In this document: in pieces, positions 41,990-51,000 of the stretch | Position numbering within the stretch: position 1 is the first letter of the stretch | Layout of the letters: each line of letters starts with the position of its first letter | From: Planctomycetota bacterium | GTDB taxonomy: Bacteria; Planctomycetota; B15-G4 | DNA: 64,000 nucleotides | Assembly (NCBI GenBank): GCA_965248575.1 | Contig: CBDFJQ010000002.1 | Location: 320,001-384,000 of the forward strand | Direction: 5' to 3' | Translations under genes and position numbers: made by a program | Notes under the pieces: generated by a model | Seen by the model: only the letters and a program-made list of their open reading frames with translations | The model's database searches: none | What the model was told of the DNA's origin: nothing

Positions 41990-44053
41990 ATGGCGACGCG
42001 ACGCGAAAAGCACGAGGGGCAACAGAGCCGACGGGCCAAGACGTTGCGCATTGCGCGGGACGAACGCATCACGAGCGGAGAGTTCCGTTCGGAGTACCCG
42101 CCCTTGCCCGCCGAACGGGAAGGCTATTTGACGCCTCCCGACGACGCATCGGGAGAGGGCACCCAGGACGAGCTGGCTGCGCAGGGTGGCGGGGGCGGCA
42201 CGTTGTCCGTACATGTGGGTTCGGTGGTGGACGGCTACCGGGTGAAGCGGCAGATCGGCCGCGGCGGCATGGGCGTCGTCTATGAGGCCGAGCAGATCTC
42301 CCTGGGGCGCACGGTCGCGCTCAAGGTCATGCCGCCCGCAGCCGTCCACAACGAGCGCTCCATGGATCGCTTCCGCGGCGAAGCGACGGCGATCGCCCGG
42401 CTCTCTCACCCGCGAATCGTCGCGGTGCACGGCTTCAACGTCAGCGGCGGCGTGGCTTATCTGGCGATGGAGTACGTGGATGGCCTCGACATGGCAGAGG
42501 CCATCGACCGGCTCAAGACCGCGCGAACCCACGGTCGCCGCTTCGTGCGCATCTCAGGGCCAAACCTCGAACAGGACATCAGCGATTGGGCCCGTGGCCG
42601 CAAGCTGATGGGCACCATGCCGGGCGACCCGCGGATCCGCTCGGGAGTCGTGATCGACCTGCGAAACCCCTTTCCCATGATGGCCGCCATGGTTGCGGAC
42701 GTCGCGGATGCGTTGCGGCACGCCCACGCCCATGGCGTCATCCATCGCGATCTGAAGCCCAGCAATCTGCTGCTCGACAGCGAAGGCCGCATCAAGCTGT
42801 CTGACTTTGGCTTGGCGAAGAGCGCGGACGCAGCGAGTGTCACGGAGACCGGCGACTTCGTGGGCTCACCGGCCTACGTCAGCCCGGAGCAGGCGTCGAC
42901 GCGTCGGGCGGGTGTCGACGAGCGCACCGACGTCTATTCGCTCGGCGTGACGCTCTACGAGATGCTCACGTTGCACCAGCCGTTCGTGGGCAAGAACGTC
43001 GCTGTCATCCTGCGCAACATCCTGACGGGTGATCCCCCGTTGCCCAGCAAGCTGGCACCGCGCATTCCCCGTGAGCTCGAGACCATCGTGTTGAAGGCCA
43101 TCGAGCGCGATCCCCAGAAGCGCTATCAGTCTGCGGAGGAGTTCGGCGATGATCTGCGCCGCTACCTCAACTTCGAATCCATCACAGCGCGCCCGTTGGG
43201 ACGGGCCGCGCGGGTCTGGCGTGGAGCGCGGCGACACCGGGTTTCCTTGTCGCTGAGCATCATGGGTGCGCTCATTGTTGGCCTGGTGGCGGTGCTGGCC
43301 GCGAAGTTCACCGAGGAGCCCAACCACGAAGACGTGGTGCGTCGGATCCTCGCTTCTGGTGCGCAGAATGGCGTGGGCTCGGTGGGAGTGGCAGAGCTGC
43401 TGGCACAGCTGTCCACGGCGGGAACTCCAGCGGGAGTTCGCGCTGCGGTGAGCCAGGTCTCCCTGGAAGCGCGGCGTCTGCTGGCCGAAGGCGACCTGGC
43501 CGGCTTGATGGAGTTGCTGGCCGTCATGGACGCTCAAGCTGGCTTGATCGATTGGCGCGATGGCGAAGATCAGTTGCTGGCGACGAACGTGCGCGGGGTG
43601 AAGATCAGGCTCTGTCGCGAGCTGCGCCGCAAGCTCATGCAGAGGGAGGGCGACCCGCGCACGCGCCGCGCATGGCTCGGTGCGCTGGAACGCTTGTTGG
43701 ACGACAAGGACTGGCAGGTGTGCAAGAACGCGGCCGCAGCCCTGGGGGATGTGGCGGCGCTCTCGTCGTTGGGAGCCCTGCAGGACAGCCTGGCCCGACG
43801 CACGGACGTAGCCGGCAAGGTGGCCTTGATCCGCGCGCTGCAGGACTACGGGCATCTGGACGCGGTGCCGTTGTTGGCGGGGGAGCTGCGTGACGCCGAC
43901 CCCTGGGTGCGGCTCGCCGCCCTGGACGCCCTGGATGCCCTGAACCCCGATCAGCTTGTGGATCTCATCTCGCCCCTGTCGCGTGACCCGGAGGATTGGG
44001 TGGTTTATCGCGCCGAGGGCGTGCGCGCTCGCCACCGGGCGGAACAGCGATGA
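41990..44053 (+). CDS. Hanks-type Ser/Thr protein kinase with TM helix and C-terminal HEAT repeats
   Basis: IGRGGMGVVY, VALK, HRDLKPSN, DFG, YVSPE and DVYSLG, then a TM helix and HEAT-like repeats. Confidence 0.95.
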   Translation: MATRREKHEGQQSRRAKTLRIARDERITSGEFRSEYPPLPAEREGYLTPPDDASGEGTQDELAAQGGGGGTLSVHVGSVVDGYRVKRQIGRGGMGVVYEAEQISLGRTVALKVMPPAAVHNERSMDRFRGEATAIARLSHPRIVAVHGFNVSGGVAYLAMEYVDGLDMAEAIDRLKTARTHGRRFVRISGPNLEQDISDWARGRKLMGTMPGDPRIRSGVVIDLRNPFPMMAAMVADVADALRHAHAHGVIHRDLKPSNLLLDSEGRIKLSDFGLAKSADAASVTETGDFVGSPAYVSPEQASTRRAGVDERTDVYSLGVTLYEMLTLHQPFVGKNVAVILRNILTGDPPLPSKLAPRIPRELETIVLKAIERDPQKRYQSAEEFGDDLRRYLNFESITARPLGRAARVWRGARRHRVSLSLSIMGALIVGLVAVLAAKFTEEPNHEDVVRRILASGAQNGVGSVGVAELLAQLSTAGTPAGVRAAVSQVSLEARRLLAEGDLAGLMELLAVMDAQAGLIDWRDGEDQLLATNVRGVKIRLCRELRRKLMQREGDPRTRRAWLGALERLLDDKDWQVCKNAAAALGDVAALSSLGALQDSLARRTDVAGKVALIRALQDYGHLDAVPLLAGELRDADPWVRLAALDALDALNPDQLVDLISPLSRDPEDWVVYRAEGVRARHRAEQR

Positions 44054-45216
44054 ACCTCCGAGCCTTGGGGCGTGGCTGGGCGGGTGCGTGGGCGCTCGTC
44101 GTCGGCTTCCTGTTGACGGCCTGCGGCGGTCCGGAGCCTGCGATCGGTGTCCTCCTGCCGCGCAGTGGTGCGCGGGCCGTTGCGGGGAAGGGTGCCCTCG
44201 CGGGATTCATGCTGGCCCTGGATGAGCTGCCCGAGGGGGAGCGCCCGCGAATTCTCTACGCCGACGACGGCGGGGATGCCGTGGCAACCACGGCGGCCTT
44301 CGAGTCGCTCGTGGAGCAGGGAGCCACGGTGGTGATTGGTCCCCTGGACACCGACTGTGCCCTCGCCGCCTCGGAGGTGTCGCGCAGGCGCCGGGTGCCT
44401 TTCCTGTCGCCGTCCGCAACCGGCGACGATGTCACCCGCAACAACGGCTACGCCTTGCGATTCTGCGCGGGCGATGCCGAGATGGCACGCGAGCTCGCGA
44501 CCCACGCGCGCTACGCCCTCCGGCTTTCGCGCGTGGCCGTCGTGGTGGACCTGGCGAGCCGACACGCGCTGGGCTTTGCCGAGGCGTTCTCGCGCGAGTT
44601 CCATCTGCGTCGGGGGCGGATTGTCGGAGAGTTGGGGTTCCACTCGAGCGACGACGACCGGGATTCCCTGCTGGATCGAGCGGCGAAGCTCCAAGTCGAG
44701 GCAGTGCTGCTCATGGCGTCCCACGATGATGCTCTGGGCATCGTGCAGGGGGCGCGCAGCACGGAAGCTCGGGAGCTGGCGCTCTTGGGGGCGAGCGACT
44801 GGGAGGGCGAGGCCTTGGACCAGGCGCTGGGGGCCCGGCCGGGCTCGGCCTGGAGGGTCAGTCACTTCCATCCCGAGGAGGCCCAGGCCAGGGCTCCAGG
44901 CGCGGTGGGAGGGGGGGCGCCGGCCGGGGGCGTTTCGGTGGCGGGGTTCGTGGACGCCTTCCGGGCGCTGCACGGCGAGACCCCGTCGGATGTGGCGGCG
45001 CTGACCTATGACACGGCTCGAGCGGTCATCTCGGTCTTCGATGCCAGCGCAGACGGCTCCGAGATGGCGCACCGACTACGGGACCTCCAGTACTTCGTGG
45101 GGGTGACAGGCACGGTTCACATGGACACCGGGGGGCGCCCCCGAGCCAAGACTTTTGTGCTTGAACAACTGCACCAGGCTGACCGACCCAGCTTTTTTCA
45201 GCGTTTGGGCGACTGA
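44050..45216 (+). CDS. LivJ/LivK-type periplasmic binding lipoprotein
   Basis: Lipobox LLTAC, IGVLLP.SG, VVIGP, SPSAT, YD and GVTG. ATGA overlap with the kinase gene. Confidence 0.88.
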   Translation: MNLRALGRGWAGAWALVVGFLLTACGGPEPAIGVLLPRSGARAVAGKGALAGFMLALDELPEGERPRILYADDGGDAVATTAAFESLVEQGATVVIGPLDTDCALAASEVSRRRRVPFLSPSATGDDVTRNNGYALRFCAGDAEMARELATHARYALRLSRVAVVVDLASRHALGFAEAFSREFHLRRGRIVGELGFHSSDDDRDSLLDRAAKLQVEAVLLMASHDDALGIVQGARSTEARELALLGASDWEGEALDQALGARPGSAWRVSHFHPEEAQARAPGAVGGGAPAGGVSVAGFVDAFRALHGETPSDVAALTYDTARAVISVFDASADGSEMAHRLRDLQYFVGVTGTVHMDTGGRPRAKTFVLEQLHQADRPSFFQRLGD

Positions 45217-45224
45217 TTTCGGAC

Positions 45225-45278
45225 ACCCCACCTGTTTGGGGCCGGGGCTTTCGAAAGCCCCAGATGTTGTGTGATACT
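45225..45278 (+). promoter_or_regulatory. Tandem NrdR boxes overlapping a sigma70-like promoter
   Basis: ACCCCACCTGTTTGGG (45225-45240, weak) and GCCCCAGATGTTGTGT (45257-45272, good) against consensus acaCwAtATaTwGtgt, 32 bp apart. -35 TTCGAA (45250-45255), 17-nt spacer, extended -10 TG-n-GATACT (45273-45278). Confidence 0.65.
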
Positions 45279-45342
45279 GCGCCCTTGTGCGACGCCGAGG
45301 GCTCGGGATCGTCGCTGCAGCCAAGGTGGAGAAAACCTCGGG

Positions 45343-46179
45343 ATGCGCTGCCCGTACTGCAAGGCCAACAACGACCGCGTGGTGGATTCACGGACCTCTG
45401 GCGAGGCTGACGTCATCCGGCGGCGTCGGGAGTGCCTGGAGTGCGATGGCCGCTTCACGACCTATGAGAAGGCCGGAGAGGCCACTCTGCGGGTGGTGAA
45501 GAAGGACGGCACGCGGGTGCCCTTCGACCGGGACAAGCTGCTCTCGGGCCTGCATGTGGCCTGTCACAAGCGCCCTGTGGAGACGGGCACCCTCGAGAGC
45601 ATCGTCACTGACATCGAAAGCCAGTTGCACGAGATGTTCGACAAGGAGGTGGCGAGCAAGTTCATCGGGCACCTGGTGATGGACGCCTTGCGGGGCCTGG
45701 ATCAGGTGGCATACGTCCGTTTCGCGAGTGTTTACCGCGAATTCAAGGACGTGAACCAGTTCCTGGATGAGCTCAAGCCCTTGCTCGCCAGTGGGGATTC
45801 CGACAGCGGCGGGCAACGACCCCATCCCCATCCCAATCCCCAGGGGCGACCGCCTCGTCCGCCAGGGGGCTCTGCTGGTCCCGGAGGCCTCGGCAGCGAG
45901 AGCGGAGGCCCCGATGGAAGCCCTGATGGAGGGGCCCTGGACACCCCCAATGAGTCCAAGCCCGGGCCCGATGACGGGCTGCGCGGCAAGGGACCTTCGG
46001 CTTCGGGCGGCTCGCGCACCCGGGCTCGTGAAGCTTCACCTGCGGCACCCACGTCGGCCCCCCAGATGACAGCCGGAGCCTCAGCGAGCACATCCCTGAG
46101 TGCTTCCGGGACTTCGACCGGGAGTTCGACCGGCGGCCACCCCGACATGGATGGAGACCTGCGTGCGCCGAAACGCTGA
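45343..46179 (+). CDS. nrdR: Transcriptional repressor NrdR with long low-complexity C-terminal tail
   Basis: MRCPYC...VVDSR...IRRRRECLEC..RFTTYE, ATP cone VVKKDG...FDRDKL, and VAYVRFASVYREF. Confidence 0.96.
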   Translation: MRCPYCKANNDRVVDSRTSGEADVIRRRRECLECDGRFTTYEKAGEATLRVVKKDGTRVPFDRDKLLSGLHVACHKRPVETGTLESIVTDIESQLHEMFDKEVASKFIGHLVMDALRGLDQVAYVRFASVYREFKDVNQFLDELKPLLASGDSDSGGQRPHPHPNPQGRPPRPPGGSAGPGGLGSESGGPDGSPDGGALDTPNESKPGPDDGLRGKGPSASGGSRTRAREASPAAPTSAPQMTAGASASTSLSASGTSTGSSTGGHPDMDGDLRAPKR

Positions 46180-46192
46180 CGCTCCAGGCCCC

Positions 46193-48070
46193 ATGCTGAT
46201 CCTCGACCGGGACGGTCGAGCCCTGCCCTTCGATGCGCGTCGACTCGACGCGTCGATCCGGCGCATCTTGTCCGTCCTGGATCCGGGTGGCAGCAGCGCG
46301 GAGGCCGAGGACCTGTCCCGAGTGGTGGGTCGCTTCCTGGAGTGCTCTCTGGAAACGGCTCGCTCACAGAGTCAGGCACAGGGCCAGGGATCGGCGGGGA
46401 CTGCCGACCCCGCAGGCGTAGCGACCAGCGAACGCACGCTGTCCGTGTCCGCGCGAACCTTGAGCGCGGAGACCCTGGCTGGCTACGTTTTCCAGGTCTT
46501 GCAAGGAGCGGGCCACGAAGAGGCTGCCCGGCTGTACGCCCAGGCGCGCAACGGCGGCGGAAGAGGCCTCGCCGTCCGGGTGTCCGATCTCATCGAGGCC
46601 GAGGTCGAGCTCCCCCGCGCCGAAGCGGTGCGCATTGGAGAGGACGTGGAACGGGGGCTGCTGGCCGCGGGTCTCAGGGATCCGAGCGTCGGCTTGCTCC
46701 GAGAGTGGGTCGACCACAGCCTGCGTCAGAAAGGCGTGGGACGGAGCCTGTCCGCGCGGCCATCCGTCGGCTTGGCCGCGGGAAGCCTGAGGAACTTGCT
46801 GCGCGCAGGGAAGCCTGGGTTGGCCGCGGAACAGCGCTGCGCCGAGGAGCTGCTGCGCACCTATGCGCTGCGGGACATCCTGCCCTCCGACGTCGCCGCA
46901 GCCCACGCGAGTGGGCGGCTGGATATGGGCGGTCTGGCTTCTCGGAGCCGGGTTCACGGCGTCTGCCTGGCGCCCTGGAGCTTGCCTGCCCTACGCCAGG
47001 CGTCGCCCGCCGGGCGCATCGCCATGCTCGGCGAGGTGTTGCGCGAGCTGGCGGAGCTCACCTCGCACGAGGTGCGGGTGCTCTGGAACGGCCCCGCGCC
47101 CACGGAACCCGATCTGCAGCAATTGGAGCACCAGTTGGTGGCTCCACACGGCGGGGGCGCGCGCATCGTTTTGTGCGTCGACGGCTCAAGGGCGGACCTT
47201 GTGCGTGCCTTCTTGGCTCGACCGTCCCTCACCCGGGCTTGCCGCATCCGGATCCATGGGCCGCAGATTGACAGCACATTGTTGCCCGAGATCGCGGCTC
47301 GCTCCCCAGCGCAGCAAGGCTACGTCGAAGTGACCCGCCGCGGGCCGCGCCCCGGAGTCGTCGCAGGCTCCTGTGCCGTGAACCTCCTGAGGCATGCCTT
47401 GATGACCCGCGGGGAAGAACCGGGTCGATTCCTGGATCTTGTTCAGGAAGCAGCGGGCTTGGCCGCCGCCGGCTTGGCGGCCTGGCATGACCTGGGCCTG
47501 GGAGTCGCGGCCGCCGACGCGATTGCGGAGCGGCTCGGACAGCGGCTGCCAGAAAGTTGGTGGCTCGAACCGGCGGGCATGGTCCAGGCGCGGGTCGTCC
47601 TGCTCGGTGCCGGCGGCCGGGCCCGGGACAACGGCCGCGACCTGGCCGTGGCGGTGGGGGAACGCTTGCGGCTGGGTTGGAGCGAGCGCTGGCCGAACGA
47701 TCCGGGCGAGGACGTCTGGGCTCCCGAGCGCGAGGCCAACGGGCCCAGCAATCTGGAATTGTTGCCGGCATCAGCCCGTGCCCAGCGCCGCTTCCAACGC
47801 CTGGATTTGCCTTCCAAACGCTCGCCAGCGCGTCGCAAGGGCGGCGCTTCTGAACAAGAACCTCTGGGCGAAGGCGAGACCTTTTCCCACGATGGGGAAG
47901 CAGACCCCGCAGCTCGGGGTCGGGAAGTGGTGCTTCTCCGCAGGTGTCTCGGGTGCGCCGGACATGCACCCGCTCCGCGCAAAGCCTCAGATGCAGGCGT
48001 GCGTGAATCCTTTCTCCGTGCTTTCTTAGAACCTTCCCTGGACGAAGCAGATATCGCTCCATGCGCCTGA
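46193..48070 (+). CDS. Degenerate class III ribonucleotide reductase (NrdD)-like protein with ATP cone
   Basis: ILDRDGRALPFDARRL (ATP cone), YALRDILPSDVAAAHASGRL and AVNLLRHA resemble NrdD segments. No C-terminal glycyl-radical motif is visible. Start may be 46151. Confidence 0.6.
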   Translation: MLILDRDGRALPFDARRLDASIRRILSVLDPGGSSAEAEDLSRVVGRFLECSLETARSQSQAQGQGSAGTADPAGVATSERTLSVSARTLSAETLAGYVFQVLQGAGHEEAARLYAQARNGGGRGLAVRVSDLIEAEVELPRAEAVRIGEDVERGLLAAGLRDPSVGLLREWVDHSLRQKGVGRSLSARPSVGLAAGSLRNLLRAGKPGLAAEQRCAEELLRTYALRDILPSDVAAAHASGRLDMGGLASRSRVHGVCLAPWSLPALRQASPAGRIAMLGEVLRELAELTSHEVRVLWNGPAPTEPDLQQLEHQLVAPHGGGARIVLCVDGSRADLVRAFLARPSLTRACRIRIHGPQIDSTLLPEIAARSPAQQGYVEVTRRGPRPGVVAGSCAVNLLRHALMTRGEEPGRFLDLVQEAAGLAAAGLAAWHDLGLGVAAADAIAERLGQRLPESWWLEPAGMVQARVVLLGAGGRARDNGRDLAVAVGERLRLGWSERWPNDPGEDVWAPEREANGPSNLELLPASARAQRRFQRLDLPSKRSPARRKGGASEQEPLGEGETFSHDGEADPAARGREVVLLRRCLGCAGHAPAPRKASDAGVRESFLRAFLEPSLDEADIAPCA

Positions 48071-51000
48071 CCCGCATCGAAATTCACGGTTTTAAGTCCT
48101 TCGCTGACCGCACCAACCTGGACCTGCCCGCTGGCCTGACGGCCATCGTGGGGCCCAATGGCTGTGGGAAGTCCAACGTCATTGACGCGGTGAAATGGGC
48201 GCTGGGTGAGCAAAAGGCGTCGGCCTTGCGTGGCGCCGAGATGCTCGATGTGGTCTTCAAGGGCAATGGTGCCCGGGGTGCCCGGAACTTCGCCGAGGTC
48301 TCGTTGCTGTTCGACAACAGCGACGGCGTCATGCGCACTGAGTTCGCCGAAGTGGTCATCACTCGGCGCTTGTTCCGCAGTGGCGAGAGCGAGTATCTGA
48401 TCAACAAGCGGTCCGTTCGCCTCAAGGATGTGCGCGACCTGCTCATGGACACGGGCTTGGGGACCGGTGCCTACTCCGTCATGGAGCAGGGGCGCATCGA
48501 CGCCGTGCTCTCCGCGAACGCCCCCGAACGCCGCCGCATCTTCGAGGAGGCAGCCGGGATCAGTCGCTACCGCGCGCGCCGTCGCGAGGCGGAGTCCAAG
48601 TTGGCGCGCACACAACAGAACCTCGAACGGCTGGCAGACATCGTCGAGGAGCTGGAGCGCCGCGAGCGCTCGCTCAAGCAGCAGGCCGGCCGCGCGCGGG
48701 CGTACCTGGCGGCGCGGGATCGGATCCAGCTGCTCAAGTCGCGCTTCTACGTCTATCAGTACAAGACCCTCGGTGAGCAACTCACGCTGCAGGACACTGC
48801 GGTGAACGAGTCGGCCGAGAGTGAAGCGGAGGCGCGCAAGGATGTCGACGCCGCCCGTGCCGAAGTGGCCTTGCTCCAGTCGCGCTTGAGCGAGTTGCGC
48901 GGGCACGTGGATCAGGCGGCCGAGGCATTCCGGAAGGCGTCGGGTGAGGTGGAGGCCCTGTCAGAGCGCCAGACCTCCATTCGCGAACGTGCTGCCGAGG
49001 CGGAAGAGCGACAGGCTCTTCTGGAAGCCCGTTTCGCCGGCCTCGAACGAGCCCTGGCCGAGCGCAAGCTGGAGGCCGATGAGGCATCCGCGCGCTTTGA
49101 CGCCGTGGCCATGGAGGTGGCTGGCTGCCAAGCCGAGGTGGACGTGACCCACGCGTCCTTCCTGGCGACGGAGTCCGCGCTGGGTGAGGCGCGCACGGCG
49201 GAGGAACAGCGCCGTCGGGAAGCACGCGCCCGAGTGGAGTCCCTGTCGCGCCTGCGCAATGAGCGCTCCCAGAAGGAGTCGCAGCGAGCAGCGCTGGTCG
49301 CCTCCCGAGAGCGTCTGGACACTCAGCTCCAGGAGTTGGCGGAGAAGAAGGCCGTTCTGTCGTCAGCCCAGGGTGAGTTGTTCTCCGGGGCCCGTGATCT
49401 CGAGCAGACCCTGGCCGTCGCCCAGCAACGGGTGGACCAGTTGCGGGAGCGCCGCGAAGGCCTGGCCACGGAATTGGCGGATCGCGACGGCACTCTCGCT
49501 CGTCGGCGTGAGGATCTCGCCGGCAAGGATTCCCATCGCAAGGCATTGGACGATCTCATCGATCGTCGCGAGGGCGTGGCACCAGGAGCCATCTCCTTGC
49601 TGGACGCCGACCTGCCGGGCGTCGAGGGCATGCTGGTGGATCAGCTGCGCGCACCGGCCGAGCTGGCCGAGGCCGTGGAAGCTGCGCTGGGTGCCAGCAC
49701 CCAGGCGGTCATGGTGCAGGGTCGCGAGAGCGGCTTGGCTGCCCTGGCCCACCTCAACAGGCTGCAGGGCGGGCGGGTTTTGCTCGTGCCGCGAGACGGC
49801 TTGCGCGCCCGGGAGGGTGCTGCGGTTGGTCGGCGGCTCGTGGATTGCATCCAGGTGCCGCTCGAAGAGAACCGAGGCGTCTTCGAGGCGCTGCTGGGCC
49901 ACGTGCGGCTGCTGGAGTCGCGCGACGAGTTGCTGCGCTGCACCCCGGACGGCACGACAGTCTGGGTGACCGCCGAGGGCGACCTGCTCGACGAACGCGG
50001 TGTGCTCAAGGGTGGGAAGGCCGGCGAAGAGGGTGGGCTCATCGCCCGCCAGGCCGAGCGGGATTCCCTGAGCGAAGAATGCGCCATCATGCGGGTGGAC
50101 ATCGAGGCGCTGGGTGTTCAGCGCACCGCCGTCGCCCATGAGCTGGGGGGCGTTGAAGAGACGCTCGTGAGTTCGCAGGCCCATGCGCGCAAGGTGCATG
50201 CGGAGCAGGAGCGAGCTCTTGAGCGGGAGAAGCAGTCCGCCGCTCGACAGCATGCCGTGCACCGTGAGCTGGCTTTCCGTACGGGCGACCGACGGGGAGT
50301 GCAGTTGAAGTTCGACGAAGCGGAGAGCCAACTCTCTGCGCTGGTCACCCGCGAACAGGAGCAGGAAACGCAGGCCTCGTCCGACAAGGAGCAGGAGACC
50401 TTGGCGGAGGAGCGGTTGCGGGCGCGGCAGACGGATGTGCAAGCCCAGCAGGAGGCGCTCTCGGGTGCTCGTCTGGAACTCTCGAAGCGTCAAGAGCGGC
50501 GGGAGGCCCTGGAAGCTGAGCAACGGCACATCCTGCGGGCGGTCGAGGAGCGGACGAAGGATCTCTCCGACGTGCGCGCGGAAAGCGAACAGCTGTCCGG
50601 CCGCCGCGAGCACCTGATCACGGAGCAGGCGGCGCTTGAGGAACGTTCGATTGCGCTGAGCCACGCCCGGGATGAGCGGGCGGGTGAACTCCAGAAGGCG
50701 CGTGAGGCATCCACCGAGATCGGGAACGAGCAGTCGGCCTCCCAGGAACGGGTGACGGAAGCCGAAGGCGTGCTCGAAGGCAGGGCCTCGGTCTTGTCGA
50801 CCCGTCGCTTGGAGGCCCAGGAGACGCGCATCCGGCGCGACGAGTTGCGCCGCCAGGTGCTTGAGGAGTTGGAGGTCGACCTGGAAGTGCAACCCCTGCT
50901 CAGCGCGGGGACGCCAGCGGACGCGGACGCCGAGACGGAGGAGACCGAAAGGGAGGGCGAAGGAGAGCAGACTGCTCTCGTTGTCGCCGCGGACCCAGCG

